From Alphaproteobacteria bacterium (GTDB taxonomy: Bacteria; Pseudomonadota; Alphaproteobacteria; MPNO01): a DNA stretch of 64,000 bases. The notes beneath the pieces were generated by a model. That model was not told where the DNA came from and did no database searches. It saw only the letters and a program-made list of their open reading frames with translations. A program made the position numbers and the translations under genes. Positions 52,062 to 60,609 of the stretch are shown here, in pieces (the stretch's first letter is position 1; each line of letters starts with the position of its first letter). Location: positions 2,944,001-3,008,000 of the forward strand of contig OZ219866.1 in assembly GCA_964291675.2 (NCBI GenBank), given 5' to 3'.

Positions 52062-52435
52062 TGCGCCTCGTCGACAGCTCGGCCTGGATCGAGTGGCTGA
52101 TCGGCTCGCCCGTGGGAGAGGCCGTTGCGGAGCGCCTTCCGGAACAGCCTGCCTGGCTGGTTCCGACCATCGTCCAGCTCGAGCTCGCGAAGTGGCTCAC
52201 CCGGGAGCGTGGCGAGGACGAGGCCGATCGGGCGATCGCCTTCACCCAGGTCTGCAGCGTCGCCCCCCTGGACACGGAGATCGCTCTCGCCGCCGCCGAG
52301 GCCTGCCGTACGCACGGCCTCGCAACCGCGGACGCCATCGTCTTCGCCACCGCCCGTGCGCATGAGGCCGACCTGCTGACCTGCGATCGCCACTTCGAAG
52401 GCCTCCCCGGCACGATCCTCATCCCCAAGACCTGA
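52061..52435 (+). CDS. vapC: VapC/PIN toxin
   Basis: LVDSSAWIE, PTIVQLE, TADAIV, LLTCDRHF. Confidence 0.92.
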   Translation: MRLVDSSAWIEWLIGSPVGEAVAERLPEQPAWLVPTIVQLELAKWLTRERGEDEADRAIAFTQVCSVAPLDTEIALAAAEACRTHGLATADAIVFATARAHEADLLTCDRHFEGLPGTILIPKT

Positions 52436-52520
52436 GCCGGCGCCATTTTCCCCTCCGGGCGGCGCGTCGCTTCGGGCGGGGCGGAGAACGCCGGCGAGGC
52501 CCGCCCCGCCATCCCCGCCC

Positions 52521-52733
52521 CGTCATGGCCGGCCCCCGGATCGAGTCCGGGGGCGATCCGGCCATCCATGCCGCCTCGCGGCCCGCGAGGCGGTGGGTCG
52601 GGAGGGGCGGCGGCGCCAGTGGGTGCCCGGATCAGCCCCCTTCGTCATGGCCGGACTTGATCCGGCCATCCACGCGGCCTCTCCGCCCGCACGACGGTCC
52701 GACGAGAGGGGCGGCGGCGCCAGTGGGTGCCCG
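52521..52733. repeat. REP cluster whose last REP is interrupted by the IS
   Basis: cgtcatggccgg palindromes; ccagtgggtgcccg breaks off at 52733 and resumes as cggatcaagtccgggcatgac at 54093. Confidence 0.85.
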
Positions 52734-52812
52734 ATGGAGTGGACGCCCCCTCCGACGGCATCTGTGTGCCAAAGTGGCGGTGTCATCAACCCACTTGGAG
52801 GAGGGAGCATCC

Positions 52813-53844
52813 ATGGCCGAGGTTAGCATGATCGGGATCGATCTTTCGAAGCGGAGTTTTCAGCTGCACGGGATGTGCGCGGACGGCTCGGTGGGTTTCC
52901 GCCGGACGCTGAGCCGCGGCAGGCTGCTCGCCTTTGTGGCGCGTCAGCCGCGCTGCGTGGTGGCGATGGAGGCGTGCGGGGGTGCGCATCACTGGGGTCG
53001 CGAGATCCTCGATCTGGGCCATGAGGTGCGGCTGGTGCCGCCGGTCTATGTGAAGCCCTTCGTGAAGCGCCAGAAGAACGATGCGGCGGATGCGGCGGCG
53101 ATCTGCGAGGCGGCGTCGCGGCCGACCATGAGCCTGGTTGCGGTGAAGACGGCCGAGCAGCAGAGCCGCGGCATGCTGTTCCGGGTGCGCGATCTCCTGG
53201 TGCGCCAGCGCACCCAGGCGCTCGACGCGCTGCGCGGCCATCTGGCGGAGTTCGGGCTGGTGGCGCCGAAGGGTCCGGCGAGTGTCGGCAAGCTCGCGGT
53301 GGCGCTGGAGGCTGCGCGGGCCGGTCTGCCGGACCGGGTGGGCGAGCTCGCCGGGGTGCTGCTGGAGCAGATCGCCGGGCTGGACGAACAGGTCGCCGAG
53401 CTCGACAAGGAGCTGCGCGCCGAGGCGCGGCGGGATGCGGATGCGCGCCGGCTGATGACCATACCGGGGGTCGGGCCGGTCACCGCGATGGCGATCCAGG
53501 CCTTCGCGCCGCCGCTCGACGGGTTCCGCCGCGGGCGCGACTTCTCGGCCTGGCTCGGGCTGGTGCCGCGCCAGCACACGACGGCCGGCAAGCCGCGGCT
53601 GGGCAGGATATCGAAGATGGGCCAGCGCGATCTCAGGCGGCTCTTGGTGCTCGGCGCCATGTCGGTGGTCCGCAGCGCCGGGCGCCACGACACGGTGCGC
53701 GACCCGTGGCTGGCCGGGATGCTGGCCACCAGGAAGCCGAAGAAGCTGATCGCCGTGGCGCTGGCCAACCGCACCGCGCGCATCGCCTGGGCGATGACCA
53801 CGAGACAGCAGAGCTACCGGGCGCCCGCGCCGAACACCGCCTGA
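52813..53844 (+). CDS. IS110-family recombinase/transposase (IS1111 group)
   Basis: GIDLSK, MEACG, KNDAADA (DEDD); IPGVGP, AWLGLVP, ALANR. Confidence 0.95.
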   Translation: MAEVSMIGIDLSKRSFQLHGMCADGSVGFRRTLSRGRLLAFVARQPRCVVAMEACGGAHHWGREILDLGHEVRLVPPVYVKPFVKRQKNDAADAAAICEAASRPTMSLVAVKTAEQQSRGMLFRVRDLLVRQRTQALDALRGHLAEFGLVAPKGPASVGKLAVALEAARAGLPDRVGELAGVLLEQIAGLDEQVAELDKELRAEARRDADARRLMTIPGVGPVTAMAIQAFAPPLDGFRRGRDFSAWLGLVPRQHTTAGKPRLGRISKMGQRDLRRLLVLGAMSVVRSAGRHDTVRDPWLAGMLATRKPKKLIAVALANRTARIAWAMTTRQQSYRAPAPNTA

Positions 53845-53849
53845 GCGCG

Positions 53850-54060
53850 GCGGATGCGGGCCGCCGTCGGCAGTGCGGGCGAGGTCTGAGGACGGGTAAG
53901 GACAAACGGTCGATGAGACGGGATCGGGAAAACCAGTTTGATCCGGCGCGCCGAAGAGCACGCGTGCCCGTATGCCATACAGGCCCGCGGCGCCGCATAG
54001 GCCGCAAGCAGAGGCCGCATAGACGACAGCACCTGACCGCACTGTCCGAACCGTTCGAAA
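53850..54060 (+). ncRNA. Candidate seek/bridge RNA of the IS1111-group element
   Basis: Contains ttgatccgg and gtgcccg matching the two halves of the target REP, and catagacga matching the circle junction; ends approximate. Confidence 0.7.
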
Positions 54061-54092
54061 AAAAACCTTGCACCGCCGGGGGCGTCCATAGA

Positions 54093-54575
54093 CGGATCAA
54101 GTCCGGGCATGACGAGGGAGGGCCGGGGGCGACGGCGGCATGCGACGACGCGTCGCGCGTGTCGCGATCCGTGTCCCGATCCGGCGGATGGGCCGGAAAT
54201 TCGCGCGTACCGAGGCTTTGCGCCCGGTCCAGCTCATCCAAACCGGACAGCAGTGGCCTCGATCCGGGCATCCACTGGCGCCGCCGCTCCTCCCGACGGG
54301 GCGTTGTACCGGTGGCGCCAGTGGTTGCGCGGATCAAGTCCGCGCATGGGTGGCCGGATCAAGTCCGGCCATGACGGGGTGGGGGTGGCGGTGGAGGAGT
54401 ACGGGAGCCGGGGGCGGACCGCCCCACCCGTGGGTGCCCGGAACGAGGCCGGGGTGACAACGGAGGGGCAGGGACGGCAAGTGCGGGCGTGCGGCGATCC
54501 GTGTCCCGATCCGGCGGATGCGCCGATATCCCGCCCGGATCAAGGCTTTGCGCCCGGTCCAGCTCATATAAACCG
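54093..54575. repeat. REP/REPIN cluster with two copies of a roughly 75-bp unit
   Basis: gcgatccgtgtcccgatccggcggatg...aggctttgcgcccggtccagctcat at about 54164-54237 and 54494-54567; reverse REPIN at about 54255-54376. Confidence 0.85.
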
Positions 54576-54639
54576 TCATGGTCTCGGCGGTGCTGAGCCA
54601 CCCCGTGGCATGAAACTCGGGGCGTTCGGCTGAGGGTTT

Positions 54640-54860
54640 GCCGATCGTCGCGCGGGTCTGCCGTGGCAGGATGGGAATGGTGGAGGCGGCGACGCGTGAG
54701 CGTTCCGTTTATCGGTGATGTGGTTCCCGAGATATAAACTGCTTCCGGCGGTCGGCTCCGCACCCCGTACTGTGCCCGGCCCGCGGCCGTGGACGCGCGG
54801 CAAATCGAACCGCACCCGCTCGACGGGTGCGTGTCCTTCCGACCGCTGTCCCCGCCTCCA
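54640..54860 (+). ncRNA. Candidate bridge RNA of the IS110-group element
   Basis: atataaac (54732-54739) equals the left target flank; cggcaaa (54798-54804) equals the right-end donor; both lie in hand-predicted internal loops; ends approximate. Confidence 0.65.
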
Positions 54861-54922
54861 CCGTGGCGATGCCACGGCGCGATCCTACGCCGCCGTGGCG
54901 AGAGCGCAACGAGGAGGACAGC

Positions 54923-56174
54923 GATGAAGACGGAAGGCTTGCACGTCGTGCGGCCGCGCGCGGCGGGTCTGGACGTGCACAAGATGGAGATCACCGCGAC
55001 GGTTCGCCTGTGCGAGGGCGAGGGCGAGCCGGTGGTGGAGACGCGCTGCTTCAGCTCGCTTCCGAGCGGTCTGGCGGAGATGGTCGCCTGGCTGACCGGT
55101 CGCCGCGTCGAGGCCGCTGTCATGGAAGGGACCGGGATCTACTGGCAGGCGCCCTTCGCGGCGGTGGAGGCGGCGGGGATCGAAGCGATCCTGGTGCACG
55201 CGCGTCAGGTCAAGCAGTTGAAGGGGCGCAAGACCGATGTCGCCGACAGCGTGTGGCTGGCCTGCGTGTGCCAGTTCGGGCTCTGCACGCCTTCCCATGT
55301 TCCCCCCGAGCCGTTCCGGGAGCTGCGCTCGCTGAGCCGCCAGCGGCGTACCCTGGTCAGGCAGCGCTCGACCGTGCGCAACCGGGTGCAGAAGATCGTC
55401 GACCGCGCCGGCCTGCGCATCGGCGGCATCCTCTCCGACGTCTTCGGCGTCAACGGCCGCAAGATCCTCGACGGGCTGGCGCAAGCCACGCCGCGCGCGG
55501 TCATCCTCGCCTCGCTCACCGGCCACGTCGCCAACAAGCTGGAGGGGCTCGGCGAGGCGCTCTCCCTGAGCCTGGGCGACAACGACCGCTTCATGCTCGG
55601 CGATCTGCTGGACGAGCATGACGCGCTCGAGGCGCGCATCGCGTCCTACGGCGAGAAGATCGACCGGCAGATGACGCCGTGGCAGGAACAGCTCCGCCTG
55701 CTGACCACCATCCCCGGCATCGACCGCATCGCCGCCTCGACCATCCTGATCGAGATCGGCCCGGATATCGAGGCGTTCGCCTCCAAGCAGCACTTCGCCG
55801 CCTGGGCCGGGCTCTGCCCCGGCAACAACGAAAGCGGCGGAAAGCGCCGCAACGCGCGCACCCGAAGGGGCTCCAAGACGCTGCGCGCCAGCCTCGTCGA
55901 ATGTGCCCACGGCGCGGCCCGAACCAAGGGGTGCCAGTTCGAGGCCCACCACCGCGCGCTCGCCGCCCGGCGCGGATACAAGCGCGCCATCGTGGCCGGC
56001 GCACACAAGATGCTGCGCATCGTTTATGTCGTGCTCAAGACCGGCAGGCCCTACTACGACCGCACCGCCGACTACGACGCGCTGATGGTCAAGCGCAACG
56101 CCCCGCGCTGGATCCGAATGCTCCGCCGCTACGGCTACATCCAACCCCGGCGCGCCGAACCCAAGGCCACCTGA
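54923..56174 (+). CDS. IS110-family recombinase/transposase
   Basis: GLDVHK, MEGTG, KTDVADS (DEDD); TIPGI, AWAGLCPGNNESGG; RBS gaggagga. Confidence 0.95.
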
Positions 56175-56525
56175 CCGGCCCGCATAACGCCGGACCGCCG
56201 CGCGGGACCGCTTCGGGCCACATCGGGGAAGTCCACCGCTCGTCTCCGCCGCCCCCTTCCGGCGATCTCAGCCAACTCCCTCCCGGCGTTGGATGGGGCC
56301 CTCGCGCGCCCCCACCGAAACTGTTTCACGGCAAACCGGACAGCAGTGGACTCGATCCGGGCATCCATGCCGCCTCGCGGCCCGCGAGGCGGTGGGTCGG
56401 GAGCGCTGCCGGCGACCCCACGGCGGTTTCGTCGTCGCCGCGCGACGGCGTCTTATTAAACTTTTGCCCTGTAATCCTAATAGCGCCAAGCCTAGCTACG
56501 TTTCGTTTAATTGGGGCGCCCGTCC

Positions 56526-56770
56526 ATGTACCGGGGCGAGACCGGCCGATACGAAGCGACCGTCGTGGGCGGCGAGACGGTGCGGGCCTTCGTTCCGGCC
56601 GCCCTGCCCCCGGCGCCCCCGCTCGACTATCCTTCCCGGCGGCGTCGGCGGCAATGGAGATCCTCGAAAACTCGGGCATCGCGCGCGAGTTGACGGGCAA
56701 GAAGCGCAACCGCCGGTTCGGCTATGCCCGCTATGTCGCCATCCTCGGCGAGGGAACCGAACCGCTGTGA
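56526..56770 (+). pseudogene. Fic family protein remnant (catalytic core deleted)
   Basis: N-terminus GETVRAFVPAALPP joined out of frame to C-terminus ELTGKKRNRRFGYARYVAILGEGTE; no HPFxDGNGR. Confidence 0.8.
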
Positions 56771-56792
56771 GCGGCCGGGCGCCTTTCGCCCC

Positions 56793-57116
56793 TCAGCACC
56801 CCAGCACCCGCACATGCCCTTCCGCGCCGTAGTCGAGCAGGAGGCGGTCGCGCGTGACCAGCGTATAGCCGAACGCCCGCGCGGTGGCGGCGAGGATGCG
56901 ATCCGCCGGGTCGGCGGGCGGCGAGCCGGGCAGGGCGCAGGAGGCGATCGGCACCGAGGGCGGCATCTCGGCCAGCGCCACCCCGGGCAGCGCGCAGAAG
57001 CGCTCGAACCATGCCCCGGGCGCGAGCGACAGGGCGATCCGGCCCTGTCGCTCCAGCATGGCGAGCTCCCACGCGGTCACCGGGGAGACGGCGAGCCCCG
57101 CGCCCGGCCCCGTCAT
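56793..57116 (-). pseudogene. 5'-truncated VapC/PIN toxin
   Basis: VSPVTAWEL, DPADRIL, LVTRD present; N-terminal LLDT strand and antitoxin missing. Confidence 0.78.
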
Positions 57117-57120
57117 CCCC

Positions 57121-57345
57121 CTACCGCAGCACCGTCTCCAGCACCGCGCCGAGCAGGCCGAGGGCGACCGAAGCCATCATGCCGTAGGCGATCAGCATCA
57201 CCGGGCGGAAGCTCTCCTTGGTGACGAACTCCTCCAGCCGGTCGTGGATCGCCCTGGTGCGCTCGTCGAGCCGGGCGAGCAGCACCCGGTCCTCGCCGTT
57301 GAACGGCCGGGCGGATGCGGTGTAGCGCTCGTCGGTGCGGTCCAT
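57121..57345 (-). CDS. Small phage membrane protein (holin/XhlA-like)
   Basis: LARLDERT coiled coil, FVTKESF, single C-terminal TM; last gene of the phage-like operon. Confidence 0.55.
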   Translation of the reverse strand: MDRTDERYTASARPFNGEDRVLLARLDERTRAIHDRLEEFVTKESFRPVMLIAYGMMASVALGLLGAVLETVLR

Positions 57346-57348
57346 GGC

Positions 57349-57735
57349 TCAGCCCCGGCGCCGGCGATACGCGGCGAGCCGGCCGGCGCGCGCCGCCTCG
57401 ACGAAGCGCTCGATCGCCGCCAGGGCCGAGCGCGGCGGACCGCCCGCGGCGGCGGGCGGCGGGAGCGCCGGGAACGGCACCCGGGGCGGCGGGGAGGCGG
57501 GCATCGGCGGCGCCGGCCGGCCGGGCCGCGGCATCGCCGCGCCGCCCGCCGGCAGCCGCGGCGGCGCCGGCATCGGCGTCCGCCCCTTCACCGGCTCGGC
57601 TCCGGCGGTCAGGAAATCGGCGAGCAGGCGGAGCGCGACGGCCCGGTAGTCCGGGTCCCCGGGCGGGTGGGTCATGCGCGGCGTGCGGGCGGACGCGCTG
57701 CCGCGCCGGAAGGTGGATATCGGGTGCTTCTCCAT
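57349..57735 (-). CDS. Proline-rich hypothetical phage protein
   Basis: RBS ggag before ATG; fills the gap in the operon. Confidence 0.45.
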   Translation of the reverse strand: MEKHPISTFRRGSASARTPRMTHPPGDPDYRAVALRLLADFLTAGAEPVKGRTPMPAPPRLPAGGAAMPRPGRPAPPMPASPPPRVPFPALPPPAAAGGPPRSALAAIERFVEAARAGRLAAYRRRRG

Positions 57736-57755
57736 CTCGGTTCTCCGGTTCGGGT

Positions 57756-58865
57756 TCAGGCGGCCGCGTCGAGGCGCTCGGCCAGCGCGTCGACCCGGGC
57801 GGCGAGCCCCTTGACCGCCGACATGGTGGCGCCGATGGCGTCCATCGCGTCGATGGTCCGCCCGTCGCCGGCGAACGCGGCGGCGAAGTCCTCGGCGTAG
57901 GGGCCGATATGCGGCGTCGGGTCGCCGCGGTAGCGCCAGCGCTCGACGTCGAGGCCGCGCAGCCTGGCGAGGCTGTCCGCATGGTCCGCCGGGCGGTTGT
58001 CCGTCTTCACCGCCCGGCTGGAGGCGAACAGCGCCGCGGTGCCGAGCGCCTGGCCGAGCCCCTGGCGGAACTGGTTCCACTGCCCGAGCCGGGCGTTGTA
58101 GCGGTTGAGCCCGGCCCGCTGCGACAGCGCGTGGGCGCCGAGCACGTCGAGCGGCGCCGCCGGGGCGAAGCCGGGCAGGCCGACCGGCGCCACCTGCTGG
58201 CCGCCGAGCAGGGCGGCGAGCTCGTTGAACTGCTGCTGGCGCAGCGCCGCGCGCTCGGCGAAGCCCTGCCGGCGGGCGGCGGAGCGCCGGGCGAAGGCGC
58301 GGTCCGCCTCGGCCCCGCCCTCCGCCACCGCCGCCCAGGCCGCATCCTGGCGGGCGCGGTTGCCGGCATCGAGCAGGCGGTCGAACTCCGCGCCGCCGGC
58401 GCTGCCCTCGGCGATCGGCAGGCCGCGATTGGCGAGGCTCTGGCGCAGCCGGCGCTCCTGGCGCTCGATCTCCGGGTCGAGCAGGCCGAGCGCCCGCTGG
58501 TAGGAAGCCCGCTCGGCGCGGCCGCGCAGCGCCTCCAGCCCGGCGGCGTCGAACGCGGGCGGCAGGCCGGCGGTATCCAGCCCGCCGAATCGCAGCCCCC
58601 GCGCCCGGTCCAGCGCCTGGCCGGCGAGCGTCCGGCCGATCGCCTCCTGGCGGGCGCGGAAGTCCTGCTGGTAGGGCGTCTCGACCACCCGCGTCGCATG
58701 GCGCGACGCGCCGGGGTCGAAGACGAACTGCCCGTCATCGCCCACCGTTCCGTAGAGCAGATTGCCCTGCGGGGTGAACTGGCTGATCCGGTTGGCCGCG
58801 GCCTGGGCCTCGATCAGCTTCGCCGGGTCGGGTACGGGGGGCGGTTTGGGGGGTCGTTTTCCCAT
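57756..58865 (-). CDS. Phage virion/DNA-ejection-like protein with C-terminal peptidase S74-like chaperone domain
   Basis: MGKRPPKPPPVPDP...NRISQFTPQG N-terminus, Gln/Ala helical body, SSRAVK...WRY...IGPYAEDF. Confidence 0.7.
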   Translation of the reverse strand: MGKRPPKPPPVPDPAKLIEAQAAANRISQFTPQGNLLYGTVGDDGQFVFDPGASRHATRVVETPYQQDFRARQEAIGRTLAGQALDRARGLRFGGLDTAGLPPAFDAAGLEALRGRAERASYQRALGLLDPEIERQERRLRQSLANRGLPIAEGSAGGAEFDRLLDAGNRARQDAAWAAVAEGGAEADRAFARRSAARRQGFAERAALRQQQFNELAALLGGQQVAPVGLPGFAPAAPLDVLGAHALSQRAGLNRYNARLGQWNQFRQGLGQALGTAALFASSRAVKTDNRPADHADSLARLRGLDVERWRYRGDPTPHIGPYAEDFAAAFAGDGRTIDAMDAIGATMSAVKGLAARVDALAERLDAAA

Positions 58866-59286
58866 GTCGGTCTCCTGTCCAGCGGCATTCGCGCCGCAGC
58901 ATCGAATAGATTGCGGCGTCCTCGCCGGTCGGCCAGGCTTCGCGGGCCATGCCCTCGTAGCGGAAGCCCAGCCGTTCGACGAAGCGCCTGGCGGTCCGGT
59001 TGCCGCGCCTGATCGTGGCCTGCACCCGGCGCGCGCCGAGCTGCTCGAACGGGTAGCGGAACGCGGCCTCGAGCACCCAGCGCCGGCACCAGCGCGGCGA
59101 GGTGCTCGCGATCGACATCTCCAGCGCGCCGGGCCGGTCGCGCCAGCCGCTATAGACGATGCCGGCGACCAGGCTTCCGTCCTCGACCACGCCGATCGCC
59201 GCGGCCGGGCCGAAATCCTCGATCCCCAGCCGGCGGCCGACCCAGCGGGCGATCTCCGCGTCGCTTCCCAGCGCGAGGCTCGGCAT
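58735..59286 (-). CDS. Phage GNAT acetyltransferase
   Basis: AFRYPFEQLG, N...RRFVERLGFRYEG, YSMLRRECRW; usual position after podovirus tail genes. Confidence 0.8.
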   Translation of the reverse strand: MPSLALGSDAEIARWVGRRLGIEDFGPAAAIGVVEDGSLVAGIVYSGWRDRPGALEMSIASTSPRWCRRWVLEAAFRYPFEQLGARRVQATIRRGNRTARRFVERLGFRYEGMAREAWPTGEDAAIYSMLRRECRWTGDRHGKTTPQTAPRTRPGEADRGPGRGQPDQPVHPAGQSALRNGGR

Positions 59287-59383
59287 GGCGTGTTTCCCGT
59301 GTTGGTTCGATTTTCGACGCGCGCCGCCCGCGCGGCCTCTCCGCTTGCGAGGCGGACGGCAGGGAGGCGCGCACTCCCCGCCC

Positions 59384-59645
59384 CGTCATGGCCGGACTTG
59401 ATCCGGCCACCCATGCGCGGACTTGATCCGCGCAACCACTGGCGCCACCGGTACAACGCCCCGTCGGAAGGAGCGGCGGCGGCAGTGGGTGGCCGGATCA
59501 AGTCCGGCCATGGGTGCCCGGATCAAGTCCGGGCATGACGAGGGCAGCATGACGAGGGGCGTGTTGGCGCTCCCCCACCACGTCATGGCCGGACTTGTTC
59601 CGGCCATCCAGGCGGCCTCTCCGCTTGCGAGGCGGCGGGTCGGAG
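59384..59645. repeat. REPIN/REP cluster inside the phage-like operon
   Basis: Near-identical copy of the 47983-48114 element plus further REPs. Confidence 0.88.
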
Positions 59646-59664
59646 GGCCGTATCGAAAACCGGG

Positions 59665-60609
59665 CTACGTCTTGACGATCCAGTTCAGCACCACGGTCGG
59701 CTGCACGTTGTTGTGCGCCCGGCCGCTGCCCACGCGGCCGGTGTAGCCGCGGATGGCGTGGCTGTGCGATCCGCCCGATGCGGTGCTCTGCGTGCCGGAC
59801 GCGTTGTTGTTGCCCCAGCTCAGCCTGGAGTAGTTGCCGCTGGTGTGGAACGCGCCGGTGTTTATCGAGTGGTTGTGGCTGCCGGCGGACGCCGTGGCGA
59901 GGGTGCCCCGCGCGTGCGAATGCGACGGCATCTGGGACGAGCCGAGGGTATGCGTCTCCGCGCCGCCGGCCGCGCCGAGCGTGTCGCCGTCGACGCCGCC
60001 CGACTGGCCGGTCAGCCGGTTCGCCGCGCTGCCGCCCATGTCGTCCTTGCCGGCGACGGCGCGGCCGCGCAGATCGGGCAGGTTGAAGCTGGTCGAGCCG
60101 TCGCCCGCGCCGTGGGTCGTGCCGATCGCCGCGAACAGGGCGGGGTAATCGTCGCGCGACACCGCCTGGCCGTAGCACAGCAGCCAGCCGGCCGGCGCGG
60201 CGGCGCCGGCGAAGGGCGCCAGCATCCCGGCCGGCAGGGCCGACGGGGCCGACAGCCCGGCGACGGTGGCGCCGTCCTCGACGGCGAGCGAGGCGCCGCT
60301 CTCCAGCCTCAGCGTCGAGCCCGACAGAATTTCCAGCGCGTCCGCGCGGAAGCGGAAATCCACCGCGCCGGCGAGCTTCACGTCGATCCGGTCGTCCTCG
60401 GCGGCGGCGATCGAGGTGTCGCCGTCGCCGTCGAGCACCAGCTCGTGCCCGGCGAGCGAGACCCGGTCGGTGGCGAGCAGGAGCGCGCTCGGCGTGCCCT
60501 CGCCGTCCTCGACCGGGCGCGGCACGCCGTCGATCCCGCGGTTCGCGTTGGAGACCTGCAGCAGGTCCTTGTAGGTGTCCTTGGGCTTCTTGCCCGTCAA
60601 TGCGGTCAT
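59665..60609 (-). CDS. Tail fibre protein with tail-collar domain
   Basis: PAGWLLCYGQAVSRDDYPALFAAIG...FNLPDLRGR, HSH repeats, HNNVQP. Confidence 0.88.
   Translation of the reverse strand: MTALTGKKPKDTYKDLLQVSNANRGIDGVPRPVEDGEGTPSALLLATDRVSLAGHELVLDGDGDTSIAAAEDDRIDVKLAGAVDFRFRADALEILSGSTLRLESGASLAVEDGATVAGLSAPSALPAGMLAPFAGAAAPAGWLLCYGQAVSRDDYPALFAAIGTTHGAGDGSTSFNLPDLRGRAVAGKDDMGGSAANRLTGQSGGVDGDTLGAAGGAETHTLGSSQMPSHSHARGTLATASAGSHNHSINTGAFHTSGNYSRLSWGNNNASGTQSTASGGSHSHAIRGYTGRVGSGRAHNNVQPTVVLNWIVKT

Larger units (their letters stand above)
52734..54092 (+). mobile_element. IS110-family insertion sequence, IS1111 group
   Basis: Subterminal inverted repeats tggacgccccc (52740-52750) and gggggcgtcca (54078-54088); CG core on both flanks; long 3' non-coding end. 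Confidence 0.92.
54576..56332 (+). mobile_element. IS110-family insertion sequence, IS110 group
   Basis: Flanked by aaaccg (54570-54575 and 56333-56338); removal restores a site like the empty copy at 54221-54267; about 350-nt 5' non-coding end. Confidence 0.9.

Noticed and set aside
58735-58865. 131-nt overlap of the GNAT gene with the next gene
   Set aside because: Probably a simple C-terminal run-on past the conserved ECRW end; no sign of dual function.
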